A stretch of DNA of 64,000 nt. Origin: Marsupella aquatica. Lineage: Eukaryota > Plantae > Marchantiophyta. The stretch spans positions 3,628,211-3,692,210 of the forward strand of contig OZ316897.1 of NCBI GenBank assembly GCA_973895155.1. The letters are read 5' to 3'. The notes under the pieces were generated by a model, which did no database searches, had not been told where the DNA came from, and saw nothing but the letters and a program-made list of their open reading frames with translations. This document shows positions 49,677-63,299 of the stretch, piece by piece. Each line of letters starts with the position of its first letter. Position 1 is the first letter of the stretch. The position numbers and the translations under genes are program-made.

Positions 49677-49862
49677 TTAATTTCACTTGTTCCCGGGACT
49701 CATACTAACTATTTCACTTGTTCCTAGGACTCGCACTAATTATTTCACTTTTTCCTGGGACTCACACAAATTATCTCACTTGTTCCAGTGACTCACACTA
49801 ATTATTTCACTTGTCCCCTGACTTGCACTAATTATTTCACTTGTTCCCAGGACTCACTTTAA
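49677..49862. repeat. Minisatellite with a ~30-bp unit, about six copies
   Basis: TAATTATTTCACTTGTTCC..GGACTCACAC repeated head to tail. Confidence 0.85.
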
Positions 49863-49961
49863 TTAGATGCTAACATTAATAAGGGTTTGTCAAGTGCCCC
49901 ATTTTCCCAATTAGATGCTAACACTAATAGTGTGGAGGGTTGATTTGTACAGGTTCCTAAT

Positions 49962-50152
49962 AGGGCGTCTCAAGAGTCAGGTTTGGCTTCCTAATAGGGC
50001 GTCTCAAGAGTCAGGTTTGGCGGTCACCATTGGCCCCCTAGGAAGATGTTAGAGTACATTGGTAACATTTATCAAGTGCCATTTTAGGGAGTCCATACCT
50101 CTCTACGGACAGGGGGGGGGGGCTAATTTCCGAACTAGTCTTGACACGCCCT
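49962..50152. mobile_element. MITE of the AGGGCGTCTCA family with a tandemly duplicated left end
   Basis: AGGGCGTCTCAAGA at 49962 and 49996 (34-bp tandem duplication, 49954-50021), right end TCTTGACACGCCCT, and AAT on both flanks. Confidence 0.75.
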
Positions 50153-50569
50153 AATTAGATATGCCAACACTGACACTGTCAAGGGGCGGTTTGTAAAGTG
50201 CCCCTAGGTTCCTATTGTAATTAGATGCTAACACTAACAGTGTTGTATTGCTCGGCAATGTTCCTACTTAGATGCTAAACACTAACAAGGGGTGTAGTAT
50301 TGCCCCGTGCGCCCTTCATTCCTCCGTGAGCAGTAATGGCAACCACCTCGGTCGGTGAACCAAGACGAGCTTCGGTCGGATGGATGTGTATGGTGGGGCT
50401 GAGATTTAGCGAACACTTCATCACTACACTACAGTAGGAGCAAGAGAATCAGCCGAGTGACGAGGATTTGCAAGAAGAGCGGAGCAAAGCAAAGCAAAGA
50501 AAAGAAAAGCAGGGCTGGGCAGGGCAGGGGTTTCGACTCTGTTTTCATTTCGTCGGAGCTGTTGCAGAG

Positions 50570-53500
50570 ATGGAGATGGCCGCGGTTTCAGCTACAATGG
50601 TGGGTGCTGCTCTCGGGTCTGTTGCTGCGCGGCAGACGGCTACAACGCAGGTGTGGATCTCGATCGGAGGCCATAGCGAAAGAGCTTTGAGAGATTCGAG
50701 AACTGGCTGGTGCCATTCTCCCGGATTTCTCAATTCAGGTCGGTTTCCGGGGTTCGTATGGACTATAGCAGAATTCAAGAGGCGCTTTTCTTTGGTCTGC
50801 GCGACAATAATGCTTGATCTAGAATGTATGGCGATGACATGTGTTGGAGTCTAGGGTTTTTTCCGACATGAAGATGTCTCTCTTGCTACCTGTCTGCAAT
50901 CTGTGTTGGGCCGTGCGTACTGCTGAATAGAATTTGGTTTTCCGACACGCCGCGGAAACTTCAGAAGTAGACCTCAGGTCCTGTGCATTTCTCTCGAGAT
51001 TGTGGTTGAGTTGTCCACGTAGAATGGTTGACGGTCTAAATGCCACCAGGTCTACAGCATGTTAGTTTTTTTTCCGTGGTTTCGGTCCTGAGAAGTGAGT
51101 GCAACTTATGTAGTGTTGGTTGCTTTAGTCGTATTGTGGCGGTTGCTCCGATAAATTTCCTGTTGATCGGAGTTCCTGGGCTCTACTTCTGGAGTATGTC
51201 ATTTTAACTATGTAGGAGCTGAAGGGTCCTTTTTCTTCCCTTTGTCATTTATTTCGTCAGCATTGATTTACTGTCTGAGAAGTTAGTCTACTTTGCTGTC
51301 TTTGTTGTCAAGTTGAAACATATGCTATGTAGTTCAGAGACGTTATTTAGCCTCTCGTGAATCCAAAAATTGTGCCTTGTCACGTATGCTATATTAGTTC
51401 CGGCACAATAATCATGGTATCCTCTGTTTCCCGGACAGACAGACGGAAGGAAGGAACAAAGTATTGTTTCTATAGAACCCTCTCTAGCTCGGGAATGGAG
51501 TCGCGGGGGGCGAATATGGAATCTGGCATCCGCAAAAAACTGTGGTCAGCCACATGTCAAGCGTTCTCTTATTTTAAGCGAATTGAATTGCTCTTCATGC
51601 TCATGCTCGAATGCAAGGCTTTTAGGGCTTCAGCAGCAGGAACAGCGCCGGGATGTTAGTCGAAAAAGTAATTCAAGTGATAGGGGTTCCATTCTATCAA
51701 TTTCCTCGGATCATAGTGGTGCCCGAGGAGGTTGTAACTTACCAGTAGCAGTGAATGCGTTGGGCAGTAAGCGTCGTCCTACTGGGAGTAGACCGTCTAC
51801 CATAGCAAGGTGCGAAGCGGAGGGGGGAGCAGGCAATGGTGTTTCCTTCAACGACAGGATATCTACTGTGGATGCCGGTGGCGGTCCAGCGGGTGATTCG
51901 ACAGGTGATGGAGGCGATAGGTACGGTAGTAAATCAGGAAGCGGGATTTCAGAGCGTGTTGGCTCGGACGCGGCCTTCAAAACAAATGGTAGCTCTGTAG
52001 AGGAGGGGGAGGAGAAGCCAGTTCCATCGGGTTCACTAGAGGAGGTGCTGCAGGAAGCCAGAGACGAGGCTGGGGAGGAGTCCGCGTTGGAGGTTTTGAG
52101 GGAAATTTTGCGGGTGTCGCAGGAGGACTTGGAGAGCTGTCGGCTGAATAGCGAGAGGGTGGAAGAGAATGCGCAGAGGATAGCGGAGAAGGCCATTGCT
52201 CTCAAGGACGAGGCGAAGGAAGCCGAGAATCTGACCATTGCGGCCATTTCCAAGGTGGAGGAATTGCTCCTCGAGGAGGCCAGGGTTACGGAAGAGTTTC
52301 AAAAATCCGCAGCTGCCAAAGCAGTGGCCGAAGAGCTGGTAAAATCGGCTGAGGCTGCATTGGAGGCTGCTCTAAGTAAAGCCAAAGCCGAAGATGATGA
52401 AGCAGCGGAACAGGCAGAGGCCGATGGGCCTCAAGCGGAGCAGCAGCACGAGACACAGACAGAAGACGGAAAGAAGCAAGTGGACGTTGTGGAGGCTAAA
52501 GTCGAAGTGACCACTGAGCGGACTGTGGACATCACGGTGACACCTATAAACGGAGGAGATCCCTCAGCACAACCAGAGTCGATAGGGGAAAAGGAGACCA
52601 CAGTTGCTAAAACAGAAGTGGTAGTTGAGGGTTCGACCGCAGAGGAAGCTGTGGCGAGGGCTGCTGCCTTAATGAAGGAGACGGAGGCCCTGGAGAGCGC
52701 CAGGACTGTTCTGCGGGATAGTGAGGCTCTCTCGGAGAGGATTTTAGCCGAGCTTGTGCGGGTGCGCGGAGAGAAGGCAGAGTATGAACTTGAAGTGGAG
52801 CACTTAAGCGCAGCTGCGGACAAGGCGAGGGAAATTGCATTGGCTGCTGACGAGGATGTTGCCGCTGTAATGGCGGAAGCCGAGCAGGCAGTCGCTCTGG
52901 AGCTGGAGGCTGCTCAGAAGGTTGGGGATGCCGAATTCGCACTTCAGAAAACGGTGAGTTTTGCTGCAGATGCTGCTCAACAGGCAGCCTCCTTTGTAGC
53001 AATGGAAGCTGAGAAGCTTGCCTTATCGGTGGGAAGGACAGTGGAAGAGATTGAAGAGGAGCTGGAGCATAGGTCAGGTGAAGCAGAGGCCGAAAAATCT
53101 AAAGATGAAGGGGGTGAGAAGGTCCAGGTAGATGAGGATATCGGTGTTAAAGTAAATGGAGTTCTGGAGACAGCGCAGGACGAAGATGTCAAAATCCCTA
53201 CGCCCTCACCTGAAGTGGCTGCTGCGCTGGCAGATAAGAATGTCAAGGAAATTGAAGCAGAGAGCAAGAAACCTGAGTTATCGACGGAACCTCCGGTTCT
53301 CAAGGCCTCGAAGAAGAGGTCGTCACGATTTTTCTCAGCGTCCTACTTTTCATCTGAGGACGGAGAAGAATTCTCACCAGGGAAAGCGTATGCCCGTTTC
53401 GTCACAACTATAAAGCCGCAATTGGCCAAGGTTGTGATTGGCGTAGCTCTCCTCTCTGCGGGGTACGTTGTCGGAGCCCTATCCTACGCAGTCTTCATTT

Positions 53501-56500
53501 ATTATATACTCTCTAGAGACGTGATGAAGCTACGTGGTACTTCGTAATTCGCACATAGTTTCCAAAGAGAGTTTTTTTGTCCATGGTCACACTCGTTCTG
53601 ATTGAAGTGGTAGGCTTTCTCTGAGTCAATCTAAGCAGGGTCTCTGTTGTTTCTCATGACAGTGGTGCATACATGAACAATCGGCTTGATAGACAAGCAT
53701 TGGCTCCTCAGTCTCCTGCTTACACCACCAGCTCCGAACAAGTTAATGTCAATACGAAGCCGTTAGTAACAGAGTTTAAGAAATTACAGAAGAGAGTTGT
53801 GGATCTTGTAAACCAAGTTCCACACCAAGAGGTATGGATTATCTAAGTCGCAAATATCGGAGATTTAGGCTTCTTTGGAATGGTTTGAGGCGAATTTTGA
53901 GTTTTTGTTCCAAACATGTGTAATCGAGTAAATTCGCTATCTAGAGCCGTTAGTTGAACAAGGCATTTGGTTCGATCTGCATCGTTCCGAGGACGATTGC
54001 AACCTATAGAAGCGTGGAATCATAGAACTGAATAGGATTTGCAAGGTCACTCTGTGGTGACACGTCATCGTACCCTGAGCGTTTATAAAGCTAGACCATC
54101 TGACAAGATTTTTACCATAGCGTCTTCAATACGAGCAAGGTGGCGTTTTCTTAACTTGTCATCATTTTGTGCAGGTGAACGAAGAGGAGGCCTCCCTATT
54201 TGATGTTCTCTGGCTTCTTCTGGCGAGTGTTATTTTCGTACCTCTATTTATGAAGATTCCTGGAGGTACAAGTCTGGGGCCTTCATTGATGGGATATACA
54301 CCTAGAGCGATTACAGGAATAGTGAGCTACAGGTGCACTCGTTTGCGCATGTACGATCCTTTACGTTCAAATTATGATCATTCATAGGGGCCATTTGACA
54401 TTCAATGTCCAATCCTGTCGCGAAACTAAATAATAACACTCGTGGGCTAAAAATGAACTGTGCAGGGAGTCCAGTGTTAGGATATTTAGTTGCTGGAGTT
54501 CTGATTGGACCTCACACAATGCACATCATTCGGAATGTCCATGGAACTAAAGCAATTGCCGAGTTCGGAGTTGTCTTCCTCCTTTTTAATATCGGTCTTG
54601 AGGTATGAATCCAGCTGATAGGTCCAAGATTCCCAGAAGTCAAGCCCTGAAAGTATGTGTCTTATGATTGCTGTTATCTAAGCGAGCATCATCACGAGAC
54701 TTTGGTCTCTAGCGGCTATATTTGAGTGAGGTTACCTGGAGTTGGCTTCGTGCTTCAGCTTGGACATTTGGTCAGGTCTATGTTCTTGTGTTAACAGGGA
54801 TCCCTGGTTTCAGTTGTCGGTGGAGAGGCTGAGCTCAATGAAGAAGTATGTCTTTGGACTGGGCACAGCGCAGGTACACTTTTTCTGGAAATTTCTCCGT
54901 ATCGTTTAGATGTCTTTGAAGGATGTTCTCTTTAGTTCCAATCAGATCCTCTCTGGTTAAAGTTCACGGACAAAAGTATTCTTGCTTCAGATGTTGTGTA
55001 AAATGTGGTCTACAGGCTGTAGAAAGGGTTGGACACTAGTGCTTTATATATGACGACTTTGAGTAGTTGCCCTTCGTGTTGGTTGCAATTTTACCCCTCA
55101 AGCCATGACGGTATTTATCTTCAAATTTTATGATGATTTTGCTACAATCAAGAAGATTTGAACTGGAGTTGCATCGTGTTAGGATTGAGTCAAAGGTTAA
55201 AACCTCATGATGTGATGTTTGTTTGAGTGCAGGTGTTTGCCACCGTAGCAGGAGTTGGTTTGTTCTTAAACTTCGTGCCAAAAATAGGTGGCCCTCCGGC
55301 AATAATCATTGCTAGCGGATTAGCTCTTTCGTCGACAGCCGTGGTGCTTCAGGTCCTCGTCCTCGCTAAACATCTTTAAATTATCAGCGTTGATCTGTGT
55401 GCCCTACCCTCGTCTTTTGAGATGACCCGCCTTTTGTGTCATTGCGGTTGTTTCTGAGATGTCGAACTTCGGCGGTTCCCTTTCCTTTAGAGCTGACTAG
55501 AGAATAGAAGGTACACTTTAGAGTTGAGTCATATGGAGCTATAGGTGAACCCTTACTGATTTTGTGGTTGAATTATTGATTGGTGCGGAGTCTCCAGGTT
55601 CTGCAAGAGCGCGGAGAGAGCACAGCACGGCATGGTCGGGCCACGTTTTCAGTCCTTCTCTTCCAGGTAGGAAGGTGCTTTACATCGACAGTGGCCTGAC
55701 TGAAATTTGGAGGCACCTCCTGTGTCCAGGCATCTCTTTGACCTTAACTGGTGTGAGTTTATATGGATTTAATCATCATCCTGGACAAATTCGTCTGTCT
55801 GATACCTAAGGGGATAGATGACATGTACATTGTCATCCAAAGAAATGCCTACTGTTAATGTGGGACGCTCTTCACTTGTCAAGTGTGACAATGTCGTAAG
55901 TCTAGGAGCTAGACATCGGGTTTCCGACCCTATTTCTTGTTTGAGCTTAGTTGCTGTTACGTTGCGATATTGTGGTCGGATATTGGAGATTTTGGAGGTG
56001 GGACTCTGCGGGCCCACATCTGCCTGTGTACGTGAAGTTTATGAGATTGTCTCTGTTTGGGTATGGCAGGACCTTGCAGTTGTTGTACTACTCATCCTGA
56101 TTCCTCTGCTGTCGTCAAATGGAGGGGTAAGAGGTTCACGTCCCGAGAGCCGCTGCATTTTGATTCACGTATTGCTTTGAAGGTGGTAGTGTTCTGGATG
56201 AGTCAGAATGGCATAGAGTCTCTATAAGATTTTGGTTATGAAGACATCTCTACCACCACATATTTACAGACAATCCATGTAGCTAGCATTGTGCAGCGGA
56301 TGACAGACAGGCTGTAAGTTTGGTAGACATTCTTATCTTCTGTGTTGACAGGTTGGGCTTAAGGAAATCGGTTCGGCCCTTGGACTCGCTGGTATCAAGG
56401 CAGTGGTTGCAATTGTTGGTATCATTGCCAGTGGTCGACTGGTGAGTGGAGAATAGCTTGCTTTTTTATTCATTTCTGTTTGAATACTCAACGTCGTAAT

Positions 56501-59500
56501 GTTTTTTACCCCGCATAGTTTTCCCACTTGTGTGATATCTTAGTAACTTATACTTTAGCGTAAGAGAGATCAATTATGAATGAGAACCTCGCTGAACTTT
56601 CGATGTTATAGTTTTAGGTTCGGTGCCTTCACATGGACATTGAGGTCACACCATTTGGCTCTTATTCTGACGACATTTTGTTTGCTCTGTAGAAAGTTTC
56701 CAATCTGGTGGATGTATGAAATCCACGGTCTAAATAATCTGAACTAGTTGTTTAACCAAATTTCATTGTTTCACAGTTTTTACGGCCCATCTACAAGCAG
56801 ATGGCAGATAATCACAATGCAGAGATTTTTGCAGCCAACACTCTGCTAGTGGTGTTGGGAACAAGTGTCCTGACTGCCCGGGTATTCACAGCGGCCATTA
56901 TTTTGTGTGTGCCGTTAATGGAGTTATCATGTGTTTGCTTTACTTCCAACGAATCCTCAAAACTGTTTTTGATGAAGTAGAGGTTTTCCTCCCAAGAAGG
57001 CCATGGATGAGAAACATTAATGACAAGCCAAGTTGTATTGGCATCCAGGCCGGCCTTTCTATGGCTCTCGGAGCTTTCCTGGCAGGGTTACTACTGGCCG
57101 AGACAGAGTTTGCGTTGCAAGTGGAGTCTGACATTGCTCCATATCGAGGGTTATTACTTGGACTTTTCTTCATGACGGTATGGAAATCCATGCGAACGTC
57201 TGAAACAACTGTTGCTACAGTAAATTCTGCATATTAGGTCCCAGAGTTTAATTGATCTTGATAAACTGTTCGAGCACACACAGGACAGAGGACGCTATTG
57301 GCAGTGGCAAACCAGAACTCTAAATTCGGACTTTGAAATTTGTGCGGGAAGTACTTTTGACCGTAAGGTAAACTGTGCTGACATTTTAGGCTTGCCGGTG
57401 CAGGTGGGTATGTCAATCGATCCTAAGCTTCTTGTTGCCAAGTTTCCAGAGATTGCAATGGCTCTTGCCCTTCTCATCATCGGCAAGACTCTGCTAGTTG
57501 CCGGTGTGGGTCGTCTTTTTGGCCTCTCACCCATTGCTGCTATACGAGCTGGCCTTCTTCTCGCTCCAGGAGGGGAGTTTGCTTTTGTTGCTTTTGGAGA
57601 AGCTGTGAATCAGGTACTGAGTCACTGTTGATTTTTTCCCTGTTTTGTTCCCAAGGTACATGTTCCCCTTGGAATGAGCGAGTTGATTAACTCCACTGTA
57701 GATCAGTTCAACTTACTTGCCCCGCTTATGAGAAACTGCTGACCTTGAAGTGTAGTTTCTCGGAAGTGTCGGGCGTGGAGTGCTTTTGGGCAGATTTGGA
57801 TACTTAGTCTAAGTGGAGGTCTTACTCTGGAAAGTACTGTAGTATTTTTACTGTGGCTGGGGCGTAACCTTGCAGGGGATCTTGAGTTCTCAATTGTCTT
57901 CACTGCTATTTCTCGTGGTTGGCCTGTCAATGGCCCTCACACCATGGCTGGCCGCTGGAGGTCAACTAATTGCTGCAAGGTTTGAGCAGCAAGATGTTCG
58001 AAGCTTGCTGCCACAAGAGAATGAGGTAGAGACACTGTCAATCGTCGCCCTCGTAGAAAATGAGTCTGATTCTAGCTCATTACTTCCGACAAGGTTCTTA
58101 ATAGATCAGAAGTCGTCATCGAACTTGTTTTCTTTATTTTTATTGTAGATCAAAAGAGTGACTAACTAGGACGAGTGGCTGAGTTTCTCGCAGACGGATG
58201 ATCTACAAGGGCACATTATCATATGTGGTTTTGGACGTGTTGGCCAGGTATAGTTTCATTGGTTTTCTGGCCCATTTGAAGTGCAGACTAAATTCAGCAT
58301 CTGTCTAGTTTTTCAGCGCGAGATGCACGAAGCACGCACTGTCGATCTCATGTCCTGAGCACGCATAGTACGTTATCCGTTAGAATCACAATGGACAGGT
58401 ACTGCTGGATAGGGTAACAGCCATCCACCGTTGACATCCTACAACTTCTGCAACGCTTGCCATTCACTCTCACGGGAGGGTCACTCCATAGATGTCTGTT
58501 AAATTTGCATGGCACTCAAATGACATAGAGCAGAGATGGGTCCAAGAACAAAGGATGCCGAGAACTTGTACGAATTTAGTCTGGCAGTGGTGTCCTTGAT
58601 CCTATCTCTCCTGGAGAGATGGCAGTTCTAATCTTGAAAATTTCTCAACCCTGTCTCTAGTAAGAGTTTACCTTCGCTTGTGTCTACTCCAAGGTAGCTG
58701 AGTGGAACTTGTAAACTATGTGGGCGGAGGTCGTAAGTTTGTTTCGTAATCGTTATACGAGGAATGGTCTTCGAATATCCCCGGAAGTTCTCGGGAATAT
58801 TAGATTTAATGAAAACTAAAGCTGAGTTACTCTAGTGACATTGAGCTCTTGTTTGTGCAGATTATTGCGCAGCTTTTGTCGGAGCGGTTGATACCTTTTG
58901 TCGCGCTTGACGTTCGCAGGTAAACGCTTGTTCCACGCGGTCAAATTGTTCTTTGTAGCTGTGTTAATGCCCTCCCGCTGAAGTTTCTCTATGCTAAATC
59001 ACATCACAATCCTGTCCTGCAACTTATGTAGGAATAGTTGATATGTACTGATTGCTCTCTGGTTCACTGGTCTTGGTTTCTTGATTCTGTGCATGAGTGC
59101 CAGTGACTTCAGATGATTGTTGTGTTGGGTGTTACCTGTCTATATCTAGGATCGTACAATTTTTGTTGTAGATAATTTTACTTCAGATGTATGAATATCA
59201 GAGGTTGAGCTAGTTGTGGGATAGCCTGGTATATATTGCAAAAAAGATTAATGTGTCTTTCTGGCGCTTGTTATTTTCCTTCACAAGTACAAGATTTCCC
59301 TGTTTCGAAATTACCCAGTTTCGAACTGCCTTTTACATACTGGGTGTCTGTTTTCCAAATCACACATTTTGTGGTGGTTTTCTCTTGCTTGACAGTGACC
59401 GTGTCAGCGTTGGACGACAACTTGACCTTCCTGTGTACTTTGGGGATGCTGGAAACAAAGAGGTACGTTTTTAATTCTCTACGTTTTAAATCAGTGTTCT

Positions 59501-60896
59501 TGAACTACCAGTGTTGATTCTCCGGTGGTATTACCGTGTCTTGAATCTTTGATAGAGAAGTACATCGTTGTTGCTTCTTACAATTCATGAAATGAAGGAA
59601 ATCATTCCATGAACAATTCAGTGTGTCAGTGTTGCGCTGGTATTTACCCGTTTTTTGGTGTAGATTTATGTCCAGTAATTGGCTTTGCTACGAGTGTTTA
59701 TTGTACGAGTTCGGATCTTTCTAAACTGTTTGTTATATGTCTTTTGAATGACTGGGCAATTCAATTCTTGTAGGTTCTTCATAAAGTTGGTGCGGAAAGG
59801 GCTGCTGCAGCAGTGATCACGCTGGATACCCCTGGGGCCAATTATAGAACGGTGTGGGCCCTCAGCAAACATTTTCCTGGCGTCAAAACATTTGTACGTG
59901 CCCATGATGTGGACCATGGGATCAATCTGGAGAAGGCCGGGGCCACTGCTGTAAGTCTTCAACCAAATTTTGCATCCGTCTACTCTGCTTATTGTGACTA
60001 GCAGTACTTCAGACGGTCATGATCAATCACGTGGCTTAGGCCATTGGTGCAAGCTCATCGGTTGTTTGATTTCAACAAAACAATATACATCTCGTCGTAG
60101 TAAGAGACATGTGAAATTTTCAGCAAATGGCACTTTGTCAATTTGACGCAGGACTCTTCTGCAGTTATGTAACGGAAAGCTTTTACTGTGTAGGTTGTCC
60201 CGGAGACTTTGGAACCGAGTTTGCAGCTCGCGGCTGCAGTCCTTGCACAGGTAAGGATATGTGGGTCTGGTAATGTTAATATCCACTTTGCTAGCTATAA
60301 TAGTTTATGGTTCAGTGCCTCCAGCCTCTTGCGTATTTACAGAAGTTAGAGGCCTTTCTTCTTGTTTGGGTGTAAAAACATTTTTCATCGTATCTTCTGC
60401 CTGCTTGGTTCTGTTCTCTGATTTGATTTGGCAGCACCTGAGCTCAGTGTGTTAAGGAGTTTTGAACATCGTATGCCTTACATGTGCTCGTTACTGACTG
60501 GTCCAGGCAAAGGTGCCAGCATATGAAATCGCGTCTGCTATTGATGAGTTCCGGAGTCGTCACTTATCTGAACTTACAGAGGTGTGCTTGTTACTCAGCT
60601 TTAAACATCTTCCATGTTTGGTTTTCTTTATCTGCGGCGTCTAGGTAGGGATGCTCCAATCTAGTTTGCAATCTCTTTGAAAGTCCATCTTTCTTAATGT
60701 TCGTCTTGAGTTATTCTGGAGCCAAACATGACATGCTATAACCCGATTGCAGCTCTCAGAGACTAGTGGTACCTCTCTTGGCTATGGTTTTTCCCGAGTC
60801 ATGACAAAGCCCCTGATCGAGGCTATGAAGATGAAAGCCGACGAGGAAGGCGGCAGTGAGAAGCAAGTGGAGGGTACCATTGTGGCTGTACCTTAG
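50570..60896 (+). CDS. KEA2: Plastid inner-envelope K+/H+ efflux antiporter, KEA1/KEA2 type (CPA2 family), 21 exons
   Basis: Putative exon 1 (50570-50650) splices in phase to a large exon (51439-53462) encoding a transit peptide and coiled coil ([29 protein letters not shown]). Later exons give [70 protein letters not shown], the KTN domain [13 protein letters not shown] and [15 protein letters not shown]. The last exon (60753-60896) encodes [11 protein letters not shown]. Confidence 0.95.
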
Positions 60897-61859
60897 CTTA
60901 ATGGTCCATCCTTGTAAAATGGGATTCTGAAGGAGTTGAGCCTGGCCAAATGTTCAAGTATTACAGTAGTGACTATCCTGTCTTTAAGGAGCTCGACCTT
61001 TATCCTGATATATGGTGGAAATTGTTCTCTCACAAGGGGGACAGCAAATGGATGTTACATACCCATTGTTGGAGTTGGTTGAAGGGGTACTCTCACAACC
61101 GTTGGTAGAATGCCAAATGAAGGCAAAGAAGGCCGGAACAGTTCCTTTCACACAATTTTCCTGAATGAGATGCGGGATGTAACAGATTAGCAAGAGATTT
61201 GTACCATTGTAGATTATACAGATTATGTCAATGTATAGATCTTGAGATGCCATCCACAATAGAAGAGATTACACCTCTGTATACCTTCAAAGGCGAAGCG
61301 ATTGAAGGTGTGCTATGAAACTCATTGTCGATAATTCTTTGGTTACTGGGTTGGGCGTGCAGTAAAAAGATTTTAATCAGCGCATGGGTGGCATGAAATT
61401 AGCCATCTTTGGTGTTTGTTTCCAATATCTGCTCTTTCTTTTCCGACGAAGGACTGTGTAACCAACATGACAAGTCAACTTTATTGAGCTTTCTAAAAAA
61501 AAAGGGTCGTCCTGCTGTGCGACTTGGAACAGCAAGGATGCTGTTCAGAGAAGAGCCCTATGTGAGTCGGCTTGGCAATCTTTAGTAACGTGGAGATAAT
61601 TTTGCTAATCCTGTCATGTGAGTTGTCACTAGTGAACTCAATATATTTTGTTCATGGTGCTCTGTGCTATTCTTTTTCCTATGGGACATGTTTAGGATCT
61701 GTAAGCCCATCAAGAATAACGAGATGGTCTGTACTGTCTGATGCTACCTAGGCCGGACGGTTAAAATGTAGTTTCCATGGTCTATTAACCCATGACAGGA
61801 GTCTGGGCTTCATCTCACCCGTGAAGTGCTGAAGAGCTCAGTCTATTATCAAAGCTTTT

Positions 61860-62150
61860 TAATATGTAATCATGCTCTGTTTTTCTCATGGTCTGGGTCG
61901 TATCAGTCAATCAAAAGACTGTAGTATGCAATCATGGTTTTTCTTTCTCATGGTCTCTTGTAAAACAACTATGAGAAGCAAAGGTCTTTCTTTCCCATGG
62001 TCTCTCGTTCTCATGGTCTCTTATCAAAACATAAGGGTATGCAATCATGCTCTGTTTTCCTCAGGCTCCTACCCTCAATCATGGCCTTTCTGATGGTCAC
62101 TTATCCACACACTAGAGTATGCAATCATGCTTCTTTTTTTTCATGGTCTG
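61860..62150. repeat. Degenerate local repeat
   Basis: GTATGCAATCATG.T...TTTT..CTCATGGTCT recurs about four times. Confidence 0.65.
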
Positions 62151-62819
62151 TTTGCTAAATATCATGTTAGTAGAAAGTTTCCCCTGCTGTTTTACAATGA
62201 TGACAAATTTTCTTATCAAGAAATGTACCTAAAGGGGCCATTGTGCACATTTTGTGTGTCCAACGCATCTCTCCCCCCAAACTTGCATACTAGATTGACT
62301 TCTTGACTCCCTTCACCACCCTACCCAAGACTAAGTATCTCACTAGTCTCATTTATGCTCAACAACACCATAATGATCCCTCTATGTCCATTTCATACAA
62401 GCATTGGGCCAATATTCTTGTGTTGCATAAAAGATGTGGTAATGCAAAAGATGTTTGTAAAAAACATATTCTTGAGTAAAATATATTAATGCAAAAAGCA
62501 TTTTGTTTCAAAAGATGTTGTGGAGGAAGTCCTTGCAACAACGAGGTGTCATGGAGTCTTGTGCACATTGTCACTCTCCCTTGGAATCCAGTTGCCAGTT
62601 AATTTGACTCCTCACATTGTCCAATTGTCCCACCATCTCATTTATATTTGACAACACTTTCACTCATCAATATTGCTGCTATATCCACAATCCTATGCTA
62701 TGCTGGGGCATTAGACTATGTACAAGAGATTTCTTGCTAAGAGCAATGTACTATATGTACTCTTTATTTTGAAAGTAATGCTGGGATGGACCACTCCTAC
62801 AAACCTTACAAACCCTATG

Positions 62820-63041
62820 AACCAGATTACTGTTCACTAAATAAAGTTCAACGTCCCTTTCAATGAAAGTCTGCTATCTGAGTACTAAGAAAGCTTTTTC
62901 TGTAATCCATCTGGGTTGCCCTCGTCCATCAACCAGATTACTGTTCACTAAATAAAGTTCAACGTCCCTTTCAATGAAAGTCTGCTATCTGAGTACTAAG
63001 AAAGCTTTTACTGTGATCAATCTGGGTTGCCCTGGTCCATC
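62820..63041. repeat. 111-bp tandem duplication
   Basis: AACCAGATTACTGTTCACTAAATAAAG...CTGGGTTGCCCT.GTCCATC starts at 62820 and 62931; the two copies are nearly identical. Confidence 0.95.
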
Positions 63042-63096
63042 TGTAAACGTTAAGGTCCATGGGGGCTTTAGTTGAGTTTATTTATTTCAATTTACA

Positions 63097-63283
63097 TTGT
63101 CACTAAAGATGTTTGAATTTATAATATTGTCATTATTTTTTATATTTATGAAAAAGCTATAATTTTAGTATATAATATTCCTAGTTATTTTGGTAAACTT
63201 GTGATAATATACAAAATAGTGACATTTTTATAAATAAAAAATAATAATGATAATATTATGAATTAGAACATCATTAATGACAA
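63097..63283. mobile_element. AT-rich hairpin-forming MITE remnant
   Basis: TTGTCACTAAAGATGTTTGAATTTATAATATTGTCATTATT pairs with AATAATGATAATATTATGAATTAGAACATCATTAATGACAA. Confidence 0.65.
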
Positions 63284-63299
63284 AATAATCAAAAAGCTT

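Noticed and set aside
40151-60896. Functional cluster of plastid-targeted genes (EF-G and KEA, divergent)
   Set aside because: They are separated by about 7 kb of TE-rich DNA and act in unrelated processes, so adjacency is plausibly chance.
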